A stretch of DNA of 64,000 nucleotides from the human T2T-CHM13v2.0 reference genome, Homo sapiens (GCA_009914755.4 CP068257.2:44608001-44672000); one strand, 5' to 3'; shown: positions 27,983 to 43,660, numbered from the stretch's first letter. Notes: generated by a model from the letters alone, not told the origin. Made by a program: numbers and translations.

Positions 27983-28770
27983 TTGCCAAGTAATATGGTT
28001 TGGATTTGTGTCCCTACCCAAATCTCATGTTGAACTGTAATCCCCAATGTTGGAGGAGGGGCCTGGTGGGAAGTGATTGTATCATGGGGGTGGAATCCCC
28101 CTGGCTGTTCTCATGATAGTGAGCTCTCACGAGATCTGGTTAAGTGTGTGACAACTCCCCCTCACTGTTCTCATGATAGTGAGCTCTCACGAGATCTGGT
28201 TAAGTGTGTGACAACTCCCCTTCGCTGTTGTCATGATAGTGAGCTCTCACGAGATGTGGTTGTGTGACAACTCCCCCTCACTGTTCTCATGATAGTGAGC
28301 TCTCAACAAGATCTGGTTAAGTGTGTGGCAACTCACCCTCGCTGTTCTCATGATAGTGAGCTCTCAGGAGATCTGGTTAAGTGTGTGGAAACTCCCCCTT
28401 GCTGTTCTCATGAAAGTGAGCCTCGCGAGACCTGGTTAAGTGTGCAGCACCTCCCCCTTGCTGTTCTCATTACAGTGAGCTGTCACGAGATCTGGTTGTT
28501 TAGAAGTGTGTGGCACCTCCCACTTTGCTGTTCTCATGATAGTGAGCTCTCACGAGATCTGGTTAAGCATGTGGCATCTCCCCCTTCTCTCTCTCTTCCT
28601 CCTGCTTTGGCCATGTAAGACATGCCTCCCTCCCCTTAGCCTTCCACCATGATTGTGGGTTTCCTGAGGCCTCCCCAGCCATGCTTCCTGTACAGCCGAG
28701 CCAATTAAACCTCTTTATAAAGTACCCAGTCTCAGATATTTCTTTAAAGCAGTGTGAGAACGGACTAATA
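27983..28770 (+). mobile_element. THE1/MST-type ERVL-MaLR solo LTR (begins TAATATGGTTTGGATTTGTGTCCCTACCCAAATCTCATGTTGAACTGTAATCCCCA…, ends …CAATTAAACCTCTTTATAAAGTACCCAGTCTCAGATATTTCTTTAAAGCAGTGTGAGAACGGACTAATACA)
   Basis: Both termini match the MaLR LTR consensus. It lies in the MCM3AP intron between coding exons 19 and 20. Confidence 0.75.
28105..28590 (+). repeat. Tandem array inside the THE1 LTR: ~60-bp unit CTGTTCTCATGATAGTGAGCTCTCACGAGATCTGGTTAAGTGTGTGACAACTCCCCCTCA ×8 (periods 56-67 bp)
   Basis: Unit starts fall at 28105, 28165, 28225, 28281, 28342, 28402, 28461 and 28528. It explains ORFs 28073..28267(+) and 28289..28618(+). Confidence 0.85.
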
Positions 28771-28981
28771 CACCAAGTTTATGGAATAAAAATTGAAATA
28801 ATCAAATCTAAAGTTTCAACTTAAAATCATGAGCAAAACAGACTGTAAATCCAAGCATTAAAACATAAACCTACACTTCCGAGTTCCCATCACACATAAG
28901 AGGAATACCCGGCCCTGGCCCACAACCCTGCCCTGCCCACTCCACCTCTTGGAAACCCCACAGGGGAAAACCCTTCCTGAC

Positions 28982-29116
28982 CTGCCACAACTCTCTGGGG
29001 ACTGCTCCTCTACATCCGGCAACACCAGCACCAGCTTCCAAAACACATGCTCCTGCCTCCCAGGGAGGTGCTCAGCCACGAGGGATGGCAGGTCCAGAGA
29101 CGCCCATGCCACATCA
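28982..29116 (-). CDS. MCM3AP: MCM3AP coding exon 19 (135 nt; [46 protein letters not shown])
   Basis: ORF 28858..29181(-). The acceptor is tgttcctcccag|T and the donor is GGCAG|gtcagg. Confidence 0.88.
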
Positions 29117-29365
29117 CTGGGAGGAACAGACCACCGTGGATTAGCCAGTGTGTGAGACCCTTGCAGGAGCAGCACACACATCCTATGAGCAGGAAGGGGC
29201 AGGTTGGAGGAAAATCAGGTTCAGAGATTGAACTGCAAACTAGAAACCAAGTCTGGAGCTCATCGAAGAGACCTCAGTTGGAGATGCATGAAGGGGGCTG
29301 CCAGTGTGACAGATTGGGGAACGGGGATCACCAGGGGGTGCGCAGAAGGGTGCAGCATGACAGAC

Positions 29366-29434
29366 CTCAGCAGCTGCTGGTAGAAGTGCTGAACCTTCAT
29401 CTGGTGAGCTGTCTTGTTTCTGAGCCGCCTTAAC
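29366..29434 (-). CDS. MCM3AP: MCM3AP coding exon 18 (69 nt; [22 protein letters not shown])
   Basis: Hand translation of the reverse complement. The acceptor is ctttcctttgcag|G and the donor is CTGAG|gtctgt. Confidence 0.85.
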
Positions 29435-31378
29435 CTGCAAAGGAAAGCAGAATGACAGTGTCCCCGCAGGAGCTTAGTGAGAAGTACTGGCTAGTGTCCC
29501 CTGGGGAATACTCAGGAGACTGAAAAACACATTTTCTGCCAATGAAACGGGTTAGAGGATTCCTTCATTCCACAAATATCATGTTAAGTATCCACTGTGT
29601 GCTGGCTATGGGAGATTCAGCAATAAACAGACAAAATCCTGCCCTTTGAGAACATAGGCTCTAATGGGGAGAGAACAGCATCTCTAAGTGGCTGGCCTGG
29701 CATGTGTGAGGTGTCGGCACTGTGGGCAAATGCTGCCAGGTGGGGCTGGAGCCAGGCAGGGTGCGTGTTGCAGTCTCACTCAGGGTGGTCAGGTGATATG
29801 TGAGCAAAGACCTGAAGGAAACAGGGGGAGCCAGCGTGACAACTTCTGGAAACAGCAGAGGGCATGGCTATGCCAGGCCATAGCTGGACCTGGTGTGTTT
29901 GGGGAGAGCAGTGAGGGCAGCGAGGGAGGGGTTGGGTCCACAATGCAGAGACTCGGGGAGCGCTAGGGACGCCGCCGAGAGGCAACGCCACCTGGCTGAG
30001 CTGTTGGAGGATCCCTCTGTTGTGGTGCTGAGGACACGATTGGGGCCCAGGGTGGAAGCTGGCAGACAGGTGCTGCAGCAACATTCCAGTGAGGTGGAGA
30101 GAACTGCCATGCCCTCGGTGCTGGGTCTGAGAGAGATGCAAGCCCAGGTTTGTGCCCTAAGCGCAGGAGGACAGGACGGCATCCTATGAGCAGGAAGGGG
30201 CAGGGTGGGGAAAAATCAGGTTTAGAGGTTGAACTGCCAACTGGAAACCAAGTCTGGAACTCAGGGAAGAGGCCTCAGTTGGAGATGCATGATGGGGGCT
30301 GTCAGTGACAGACAGGGGTGACAGGGCTATCACCAGGGGGTGCGCAGAAGGGCAGAGGGCAGAGGTCTGGGCTGAGGGGGCAGGGTGGAGGGCTCAGACA
30401 AGGAGACTGAGGCTGACAAGGGCAGCTACGGAGGGGGGACACAAGAAGCCATGACTCCAGGAGAAGGCCAGGTCACTATGTGAAGGCAGCCATGGGTCAG
30501 AGGAGCCAGGCCCAGCCCTGGCCTCACAGCATGCCTCCAACAGGCTGGGACTGCCACCCCACTGCCGGCGCAGAACCTGATGGGGCTAAATGAAACCCAC
30601 AAGACAGTTTTCAGAGGGAACATCCAGTGATGACCAGGAGGAGGACAAGACATGACATGAGGCCCCAGCGGTGTGCCTGCTAGGCCCTCCAGGCTGCCTC
30701 CCCAGTCCCCACCCACTGGGAGGCCAGGGAGCCCTGAGGCCAGGCAAGAGGTGGCACCTACATGGGTTCTAAATAAAGGCCAAGCCCAGCATGGCCAGGA
30801 ATGCAGGCTGAGGGGGGTCCTGGCATGGCCCTGAGGAGCCGGTTCTGCTCGGGGTGACCAGGAGGAGTGGCAGGGAGGACCAGGGCCACACCAAGGGGCC
30901 TCAAGAGGGAAATAATGGAGGGTGGAGGTGGAGCCTGGAAGATGCTGCCACAGAAAGGGGGCAGTGTGTGAAGGAGACGGCGGGAGGAACAGAGGGATGG
31001 GGCGGGGATGGGATCGGAAGACACAGGCCAGCGTGGACCTCCAGCTCCTCCAACAAGGATGGAAGTGGCAGGTACTTAAACTGGGACGAGCAGGAAAAGA
31101 ACACGTGATGCAGAGTCAGACTCAGGCACCAGGACGCTGAGTCTTTCAAGGTGAACTCAGAGCTCTGCTTTGCCAGTGGAACAAGTCACATGTCCACAAC
31201 TGTGGGAGACAACCTTCAAAATGCAACCCTGTGCCTGTCCTCGCCTCCAGGCTTCACCTATCTTCGCCTCCAGGCTTCACCTATCTTCACCCTCCAAACA
31301 CACACATTAATTCCGCTCCTGGTAAAACCAAGTGGGGGCAGGGGAGCCCTGACGAGGCAGGCGACAGCTGATGCTGAC

Positions 31379-31576
31379 CTGGTGCAGGAGATGCCCAATC
31401 TCCCTGCATGGCCCAGGTCCAGGAGGCCCCTGGCCAGGTTCTCTTCAGCAATGGGGCACTCTGCGCTGGGCGCCAGCGCCCTCAGCCGGTCGCTCACGTC
31501 CACGCAGCAGGGCGCAGCAGGGAAAGCCCGCATTTGGCGCCTCAGTTTCTTGCGGGCTGTGACAGCTTCCCTCCAC
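31379..31576 (-). CDS. MCM3AP: MCM3AP coding exon 17 (198 nt; [66 protein letters not shown]); contains internal Met (codon 1260) that starts the short 'MCM3AP' isoform
   Basis: ORF 31258..31602(-). The acceptor is tgtccccag|G and the donor is ACCAG|gtcagc, a weak site. Confidence 0.9.
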
Positions 31577-31712
31577 CTGGGGACATGAAAATGTATCATC
31601 ACAGAGTGTTTTCAGGGTCTTCAAACTGAGAAACACATTGCAGTCAGAACTCAGGCATGGGGAAGGAAGGACATCAAATGAGTGTGGTGAGCAATGAAAC
31701 TACCGAACGTTA

Positions 31713-32189
<477 letters not shown>

Positions 32190-32227
32190 TCACTGCAACA
32201 GTCTTTACCAGAGCTAAAAAGAGCTAC

Positions 32228-32548
<321 letters not shown>

Positions 32549-33326
32549 TCAACAGAAGACCAGGAAGGTCATTTATGGTACATTATCGCACTGACCTCAA
32601 GACCACTGGCAACGGGGACAGCTCAGCATGCTGCTACAGCCAAGCCTCCACCTCATATCAGATGGAGCAAAGGAAGGCTCAGAGCAAAGCAGGGATCATG
32701 AGCCCATCTGTGCCAAGAGCCACAAGAAAGGACAGAAAGTCTCTGGATGGTTTCGCAAGCAGCTGCTGCTCGCACAATGGACAGGGGTCTGTTGTAGAAG
32801 GAAGACTCACTTCTCCCCATACTCCCTTTTATACTGTTCCAACTACCAAGGACACTATTACTGATTTTAAATTTTATTATGAAATGAATCATACAACATA
32901 CATAACACATATATGCCCAGTTATAAGATTAATAAATCATCAAGCACCTGTGCACTTACACCCAGTTGAGAAGTTGTGGCCATGAGAGGCACCACCTCCC
33001 ATTCCCAAAAGTAACCACTATGCTGAGATTATGATCATTATTTTCCTTCTTTTCTTTAGGGTTATACCACTATATATAAATCTGAAACAACCTATTTAGT
33101 TTGAATATACACTATTTGTATATTCCCTATTAATTGCTTTTTCTCCACTACTTATATTTTGAGAATTCACCCTTATTGGTGCATGCAGCCATAATCTGGC
33201 TTGTTCATAGCTGTCTCCCAGCACCTAGTGCAGTGGGCAAATGGCAGGCACCCTATAAATATCAGTTGACATACAGAGTAGCCACCACGTCCCAATCTAA
33301 CTCCTGACTTTTCCCCTTATATTGTA

Positions 33327-33347
33327 TGTGTGTGTGTGTGTGTGTGT
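33327..33347. repeat. (TG)10 / (CA)10 microsatellite in MCM3AP intron ~180 nt downstream of coding-exon-16 donor
   Basis: The sequence reads tgtgtgtgtgtgtgtgtgtgt. Confidence 0.9.
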
Positions 33348-33527
33348 AATCAAGTATTTCTGAAATGCAGTATAATCCAATTAGTCTATTTTAGGTATTC
33401 ATTGCTATAACATTTTCCCTCATCCTTTTACCACTGAATACAGAAACTGATAGCTCATATATTTTGAATTTGTTAAAAGACTCTTCCCCGTGTGTGTGGA
33501 TTTTGCCTGTAGGAACACAGGACTCAC

Positions 33528-33680
33528 CGCTGTAGATACTTGCAGAAGCACTGAAGCTCCTGGAGGGTCTCCTTTGCAGTCTGGAAGATTTCCTCCACGA
33601 GAAACAAGTCCACTAAGTGGGCACAGACATCCTCACAGCAACGGGCCACACGGACCCTCTGGTCTGTCTCTACTGCATTC
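33528..33680 (-). CDS. MCM3AP: MCM3AP coding exon 16 (153 nt; [51 protein letters not shown])
   Basis: ORF 33524..33757(-). The acceptor is cctgtttctag|G and the donor is CAGCG|gtgagt. Confidence 0.9.
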
Positions 33681-33764
33681 CTAGAAACAGGGCAATCAGC
33701 ATGGAAGACACTGCACTTGGGGCCCACAGACACTGAGGGCTTGCTTGAAAAGTGCAAGAGTCAG

Positions 33765-34677
<913 letters not shown>

Positions 34678-34874
34678 TGCAAGAGTCTGCATCCTCAGTA
34701 TTAAAATGTAATTCTATCTTCATTGTAAAAGAAGCTTTAATACTTAAACTACAGACACCTAGAAAGACAGGGTAAAAAGAATTAAGTGGAACAGGGTGCC
34801 AAATTATAGGTCCATAGGGGCCCTCGTAACAGTTAAGAAATAAACCTTTATCTTAATAAAATAGTCAGAATTTT

Positions 34875-35030
34875 TAATTATTTTAGAGACAGGGTCTCAC
34901 TATGTTGCCCAGGCTGGAGTACAGTGGCCACCACAGGTGCAGTCATAGCACACTACCTGGAACTTCTGAGCTTAAGTGATCTTTGCACCTCAGTCTCTTG
35001 AGTTGCTGGGACTACAGGTGCCTGGCGTAG
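34875..35030 (-). mobile_element. Old partial Alu (AluJ-like)
   Basis: Diverged Alu-consensus match. Confidence 0.6.
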
Positions 35031-35381
35031 AATTTGTAAATTACCATGCAGACAACCACAAAATCTTCTCATCAGCAACATCTGACTTGTGCAATCAATT
35101 GGAAGTGTCTCAAATATATGATAAATGCCAGTGGCTAATAAGGATGGCTGACTATGATCATGTGGTGGCAGCCCTCATATAAAAGAGAATTTTTTATAAT
35201 AAAATTCTATTAGCCAAGGGAGCACAGAGGACTGCATCAAATACATTTGGTCACAAAATCAAAGTAGCTTAGACAGGCAAGATCCATTTCCAATAGCCCA
35301 TCCTCAGTGGTGCAAGACACAGCCTAGGGCAGAGCCAAAGCTCACTCTCCTGGCACAGCAAGACACCAGCGTTTCACTTAC

Positions 35382-35495
35382 TTCAACTCCTGGGAGCAGG
35401 TTTCCCTCACAAACTCCATCATCACGCGTTCCATCAGCTCCACGGCCAGGCCCTGGCTCAGCTCACTTAACACCAGCTCTCTCTCTTGTTTCAAC
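35382..35495 (-). CDS. MCM3AP: MCM3AP coding exon 15 (114 nt; [38 protein letters not shown])
   Basis: Hand translation of the reverse complement. The acceptor is ttccctgtag|G and the donor is TTGAA|gtaagtg. Confidence 0.88.
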
Positions 35496-35868
35496 CTACA
35501 GGGAAGAGAAAAAATACACAAGGGTAATGTTTAAGAATAAAAATAAGTGCTGTTTGTTTTACTCCCTGGCCACGCAGACAGGGATTGAGGTGTGCTGCCT
35601 GAGTCGGTAGGCCACCCCTACTCCAGCTCCCCTGACACCACCTCCCTTCCCCTGCCTTTCCTGGCTGGGAAGGGCCACTGCTCACGGGTAGGTGTGGCCT
35701 GAGGAGCTCCATCCATCCCCTGGGCTGAAGCATAGGAGGGCATGAGTGGGTCAGCAGGGGTGGAATGGTAGCACAGTGGACAATAGCAGGAGCATCGTGG
35801 CCAGGGTCAGTTCTTGCCTGTGTCCACACTGAGCTCCTTATTCGGCTGCATGGACAAGACACACTTAC

Positions 35869-36000
35869 CTTTCCTCTTCAGCCCGCTGCCTCTCCTGCTC
35901 CCTTCGCTCTCTTTCCTTAGACACTTCTTCAGCTGCAATGTGCCTCAAAATGCCCGTGGTTGCAGCTGTTAACAAATCCTCCATAGCAGCATTAGAAACA
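35869..36000 (-). CDS. MCM3AP: MCM3AP coding exon 14 (132 nt; [44 protein letters not shown])
   Basis: Hand translation of the reverse complement. The acceptor is ccgtttag|T and the donor is GAAAG|gtaagtg. Confidence 0.88.
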
Positions 36001-36043
36001 CTAAACGGAGCAAAGGGGATAGCATTCAAAATCAGAGTCAAGG

Positions 36044-36340
36044 CCGGGTGCGGTGGCTCACGCCTGTAATCCCAGCACTTTGGGAGGCTGAGGTGGGCGG
36101 ATCACAAGGTCAGAAGATCAAGACCATTCTGGCCAACACAGTGAAACCCCATCTCTACTAAAAATACAAAAATTAGCCAGGCGCGGCAGCACACGCCTGT
36201 AGCCCCAGCTACTCAGGAGGCTGAGGCAGAAGAATTGCTCGGACCTGGGAGCGGGAGACTGCAGTGAGCCAAGATTGCGTCACTGTACTCCAGCCTGGGC
36301 GACACAGCGAGACTCTGTCTCAAAAAAAAAAAAAAAAAGA
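36044..36340 (+). mobile_element. Alu
   Basis: Alu-consensus match. Confidence 0.9.
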
Positions 36341-36954
36341 AAGAAAAATATCAGAAAAAAGCCAAGTCATTGACAAGGGAAAAAAAACACACAGGTTGAG
36401 TGTCCCTAATCCAAAAATCTGAAATCCAAAATGCTCCAAAATCTCAAACTTTTTGAGCACAACATGTCATGCTTTTCAAAGGAAATGCTCATTGGAGCAT
36501 TTTAGAATTCAGATTTTCAGATTTTTAGGTAAGAGATACTCAACTGGTACATATAATACAAATATTCCAAAATCCAAAAATATCTGTCATCTAAAACCCT
36601 TGTGGTTCCAAGCGTTTTGAAGAAGGGATATGCAACCTGTACTTGTTTGGCTGCCAGCAGAAAAATTAAGCCCACTGTTAGAAACACACCATCTACCAAA
36701 ACTGACTCATGAAGAAACAGAAAAATGTGAGTAGACCTATAACTAGTAAGGAGACTTCCAAACAAAGAAAGGTATGAGACCAGAAGGTTTCACTGGTAAA
36801 TTCTATTAAACACTAACGAAAAACTAACCACCAATCTTTTTCAAATCCTTTCAAAAAACTGAAGAGGAGGGAATATTTACTAACTCATTTTATGAGGCTA
36901 GCATTGCTCTAATACCAAAGACAGACCAAAGACACTATAGGAAAACTACAGACT

Positions 36955-37252
36955 GAGCAGGCACAGTGGCTCATGCCTGTCATCCCAGCATTTCAGGAGG
37001 CTGAGGTGGGAGCACTGCTTGAGCCCAGGAGTTCAAGACTAACCTGGGCAACATAGAGAGACCCCATCTCTACAAAAAATTAAAAAATTAGCCGGGTATG
37101 GTAGCATGCGCCTGTGGTCCTAGCTACTTGGGAGGCTGAGGTGAGAGGATGGCTTGAGCCTAGAAGATCAAGGCTGTGGTTAGCTGTGATTGTGCTTCTG
37201 CACTCGGGTCTAGGTGACAAAGTAAGACCCTGTCTCAAAAAAGAAAAAAAAA
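36955..37252 (+). mobile_element. Alu
   Basis: Alu-consensus match. Confidence 0.9.
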
Positions 37253-37274
37253 AGGAATAAAGAAATAAAAAGGA

Positions 37275-37580
37275 GGCCGGGCGCGGTGGCTCACGCCTGT
37301 AATCCCAGCACTTTGGGAGGCCGAGGCGGGTGGATCAGGAGGTCAGGAGATCGAGACCATCCTGGCTAACACAGTGAAACCCTGTCTCTACTAAAAATAC
37401 AAAAAATTAGCCGGGCGAGGTAGCGGGCACCTGTAGTCCCAGCTACTCGGGAGGCTGAGGCAGGAGAATGGCGTGAACCCCGGGGGGCGGAGCCTGCAGT
37501 GAGCCGAGATCACGCCACTGCACTCCAGCCTGGGCGACAGGGAGACTCCGTCTCAAAAAAAAAAAAAAAAAAAAAAGAAA
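37275..37580 (+). mobile_element. Alu (young, near-consensus AluY-like)
   Basis: Alu-consensus match. Confidence 0.9.
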
Positions 37581-37636
37581 TGGAAAACTACAGACCAATA
37601 TCCCTCATGAATATGGATATAAAAATCCTCAACAAG

Positions 37637-38650
<1,014 letters not shown>

Positions 38651-38708
38651 GGACTGGGTGCAGCTCCCCGCAGCACGTAGCAGGAGGGGAGCACGAGATG
38701 CCACTCAC

Positions 38709-38809
38709 CCCAGGGCGGCAGCTGCGTAGGCAGCACCCGCAGAGCCAACTTCCTCACAGTCCCTCTGCAGGGCCTCCTGGATGAGCTCGTCCACCACCTG
38801 CGCCAGGTC
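38709..38809 (-). CDS. MCM3AP: MCM3AP coding exon 13 (101 nt; [34 protein letters not shown])
   Basis: Hand translation of the reverse complement. The acceptor is tctctccacag|GAC and the donor is CTGGG|gtgagtgg. It is embedded out of frame in ORF 38596..39036(-). Confidence 0.88.
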
Positions 38810-39199
38810 CTGTGGAGAGACCAGCATGGGGTGTAATGGAACGTCCCACCCAGGGCAGAAATGCTGGGTAACATGTTGTCACCGGACAGTCTGCAGGCGT
38901 CTCGTGACAGAAGCACAACCCCTGACACGGGGTCGGCTAGGCTGTTGCAGGAAAGGTGTCCCCTAGCGAATGGAAAGGTGCCATCTGGAGAGGAAGGCGC
39001 CCTGCGGATGGCCACACAGCGCCCTGGCCTAGCCATCTCCAGTCTACGTCAAGCAGCCTCTGTTTCTGTGACCACTCTATGCTCCCCCTAAGCACTCCCT
39101 GATCCCCAGATGGGCTGGTGCCCAGTGCCTGCCCCGAAGCAGCCAGAGTGGCACAATCCAGTCTCACAACCATGGAGTCGACAGGCTCTACTCAATATC

Positions 39200-39650
39200 A
39201 AGGCACCTGTCGGGACCATGCCCACCCTGAGGCCACAACCATCAAGGGGCACATCCACCCCCAGGCCAGGCTGGTCAAGGGGCTCACCCACCCCCAGGCC
39301 ATGCCCATCAGGGTGCACAGCCAGAGACCACACACACCAGAGGGGACACGACCACCCCGAGGCCACGCCTATCAGGGGGCACAGCCACCCCAAGCCATGC
39401 CCATCAGGGGGCACACCCGCCAGGGGACACGCCCATCCCAGGTCACACCCATCAGTGGGGACACCCAACCCCAGGACATGCCCTTCAGGGGACACACCCA
39501 CACTCAGTCCATGCATATTGGGGTCCCATCAGGGGGACATGCCCACTCCAGGCCACACCCAAGGGGACACACCCACCCAGGCCACACCCACCAGGCGGAC
39601 ACGCCACCCCAGGTCACACCCATCAGGGGGCGCACAATGCTGCCAATGAT
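39200..39650. repeat. Minisatellite/VNTR, ~37-40-bp GC-rich unit (…CCACCCCAGGCCATGCCCATCAGGGGGCACA…) ×~12 in MCM3AP intron between coding exons 12 and 13
   Basis: The periodicity is visible in the sequence. It produces long His/Pro/Gly-rich ORFs on both strands: 39110..39649(+), 39118..39675(+) and 39088..39516(-). Confidence 0.8.
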
Positions 39651-39913
39651 CCCGTCAGGAATAGACGGGTGTTGAGTTCAGACACACGGGCTCAGGCCGG
39701 TGCTGTGACAGGAAGCTCCTGAGATGAAGACGGACTCCAGAATGAGCCTGAATAGGTGGGCCCTACCTGAGGCTGAGTGACTCTAGGCAGGACCCCTCTC
39801 TGGACTCTCCTGAGAGACCAGGCGCCACAGCCCCACCTCATGGGGTGATGACTAAGGACGTTTGCGCACAATGGGCTTCCCAGAGTCCAGACCTAGAAAA
39901 AAAGAGTCCCTAC

Positions 39914-40116
39914 CTCGTCAGAGTACATGGGCACGGGCTCTGGAGGCGGTGGTTCAGGCTGCACAGACAGCTGGAAGAGGCTGGGCGCCACAGACGGGGT
40001 CAGTGCCAGGACAGGAGGCAGAGGCACTGGTGAGGGCGCAGGGGCTGGTAGAGACTGTGGGAGACTGGACAGGGGTGCATCCGGCTCTACACCACACTCC
40101 TCTCCTCTCCCTCCGC
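39914..40116 (-). CDS. MCM3AP: MCM3AP coding exon 12 (203 nt; [67 protein letters not shown])
   Basis: ORF 39893..40210(-). The acceptor is tttccttccag|GC and the donor is GAG|gtaggg. Confidence 0.9.
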
Positions 40117-40512
40117 CTGGAAGGAAACATACAGGACAAAACATAGCTGCAGACACAGGGTGCCTGGCACCACGGGGACCGAGGTCTGTGCAGGGACAGC
40201 CCCAGGCCACCCACAGTGACCCTGAGGACTGGCCTGCCCTCCAGGAGACCAGCTACGTGGGACAACATACGCTTTGCATGAAAAACAAGCCCCAGGATGT
40301 CAGGGAGCCAGGAGGAGGGCTTCAAAGCCCTCAGTCCACTCCCAGTGAGAACCATCTGAGCATGAGGAAGAGCCACACCCCTGGGCCCCAAGACAAGACA
40401 GGTGCTCAGGCTCCTGGGAGGCGTCCTGGCGAGAAAATGCAGATGCCCAGGCTCCTGGGAGGCGTTCTGGTGGGAAAATGCAGCTAGTCCCCTCACTACG
40501 ACTGCAGCTTCA

Positions 40513-40791
<279 letters not shown>

Positions 40792-41573
40792 TCACCAGGG
40801 GAGAAGACAGCTTCGCCCTCAGTGCCCTGCTGAGTACTGCAAGCCCCTTGGGCGTCACCACAGCCATGTGTAAATAACAGAAAGCACAGGCGCCAGGTCC
40901 CACTGCCGCCCACCCTGGAGCCTCTGTAGGTCCCTAGAACCACTAAGCCCAGCGTGTTAACAGACGCACGCTGACTCACTCCTGCCTCCTTGCTGGCTCA
41001 CCCAAAACCGTCTAATTTTCTGAGGACAGAACTGGAAGGAGGAGACAGAACTAGAAGGAGACAGAACTGGAAGGAGGAGACAGGCAGGAGGCAGGTGAGG
41101 AGTTAGAGGAGACAGGGTGGGGAACTAGGCACCGGGTGTTGAGTGTAAGCTGCCAGTTTCTGAGAGAGCGTCTGTGAGTCTCACCACTCTGACTGGTAAG
41201 TACCGGAGAAGACTCCGGCTGGCCTGCGGGTGCCTCCATCCCAGCCGTCAGAGGTTGTCCGTCATTGGCTGGCAAAGGCAGTCAAGGGAAAGAATAAAGA
41301 AGGCCCTAACTTTTATCTTTAGGTTTGTCAGCAAGTCATGAAAAGGACTGATTTTGGAGTCACAAAGAACTTGGTCTGAGCCCTCAATGTGCTGACAGCC
41401 AGGATGTGACCTTGGGAACACCCCCAGCCATTCTGAGTCTCGTGTGTTCACCTGCATGGCAGAGGGAATGCACCTTCTTCAAGTCAGGCAAGCAGCCAGC
41501 CCTTCACAGCCCTTCATCAGAATTAACAAGAAAAAAGGAGACAGGGGCCCCACAGTTCCATTCTCAGCTCTTA

Positions 41574-41753
<180 letters not shown>

Positions 41754-42131
41754 TCACTGCAGTCTCAGACGAAGGCCCAGTCAGACACATGCAGTCAGCC
41801 CATGACCACAGCCATGGCCAGCATGGGGCACATGGGCTCCTCCTGGGCTGAGTCCACCAGAAGGCGCTTTGGCAACACGGAACCCAAGCTTAGAGATCAT
41901 AGGCGGTCTGCTCAGGGGCAGTGCTCAGGAATGCGTGCCAAGCAAACACTCTCATAGAGAAGGATGGCTTGTGAAGGTTTTATTCATAAGAGAAATCATG
42001 AAACAAACTGTCCATCAACAAGACCAGGTGAAGTCAGCTGTGCAGCATCCACATGACAAAAGGCCAGGAAGGTGCTGCAGAGGACCCCGGAGACCATGGA
42101 ATGCCAGCAGGAAACCAATCCCGTGGAATGA

Positions 42132-42830
<699 letters not shown>

Positions 42831-43354
42831 GGAAAAACATGAAAATCCGAACAAAAATTCTGCTTGAGTGCTGGGACTTTGGTACCTAAGCTGTTAGTCC
42901 TCTTCCGATGTTCTTTAATTCAACCAACACTGATCAAGCATTTGCTCTGTGCCTGGCACCGTTTTTAATGCTGAGAGTACAACAGTGAACAAAAACACAA
43001 TCCCTGTCCCCACATAGCTGACATGCCAGGGGAGAGACCAATGCCACAGAAAACAAACACATCAAACACACAGAATGGTGATTTAGTGCGGCAGATGGGC
43101 AGGGAGAGCAGGGAGCGCTGGTGGGGGCCCTGCTGAGGGCGGCAGCCAAGCCTCGCCTGGCCTCAGGGAGGTGGAGACAGCGCCGTGCGGCTCTGCGAGT
43201 GTGGAACAGCAGTGGAAACAGCAAGCACAAAGCCTCTGAGCAGGAGTGCACAGGGCTGCGGGGACAGGAGGCTGCCTCTGTGCGCCACTGCCGGTGAAGA
43301 GCTTTTCTAAAGAAAAATACCCGAATATCTCTTTTGTTTAAAGTTATTAAAAAC

Positions 43355-43660
43355 GGCCAGGCAAGGTGGTTCATGCCTGTAATCCCAGCACTTTGGGAGG
43401 CCGAGGTGGGTGGATCACCTGAGGCTAGGAGTTCGAGATCAGCCTGGCCAGCATGGCGAAATCCCATCTCTACTAAGTTAGCTGGGCGTGGTGGCGGGCT
43501 CCTGTAGTCCCAGCTACTGGGGAGGGAGGCTCAGGCAGGAGAATCACTTGAACCCAGGAGGCAGAAGTTGCGGTGAGCAGAGATCATGCCACTGCACTCC
43601 AGCCTGGGCAACAGAGCGAGACTCCATCTCTAAATAAATAAATAAATAAAGTTATTAAAA
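43355..43660 (+). mobile_element. Alu
   Basis: Alu-consensus match; explains ORF 42934..43467(-). Confidence 0.9.

Noticed and set aside
39088-39675. ORFs 39110..39649(+), 39118..39675(+) and 39088..39516(-) with His/Pro/Gly periodic protein
   Set aside because: They are generated by the intronic ~37-bp minisatellite. The same repeat reads open in several frames and on both strands.
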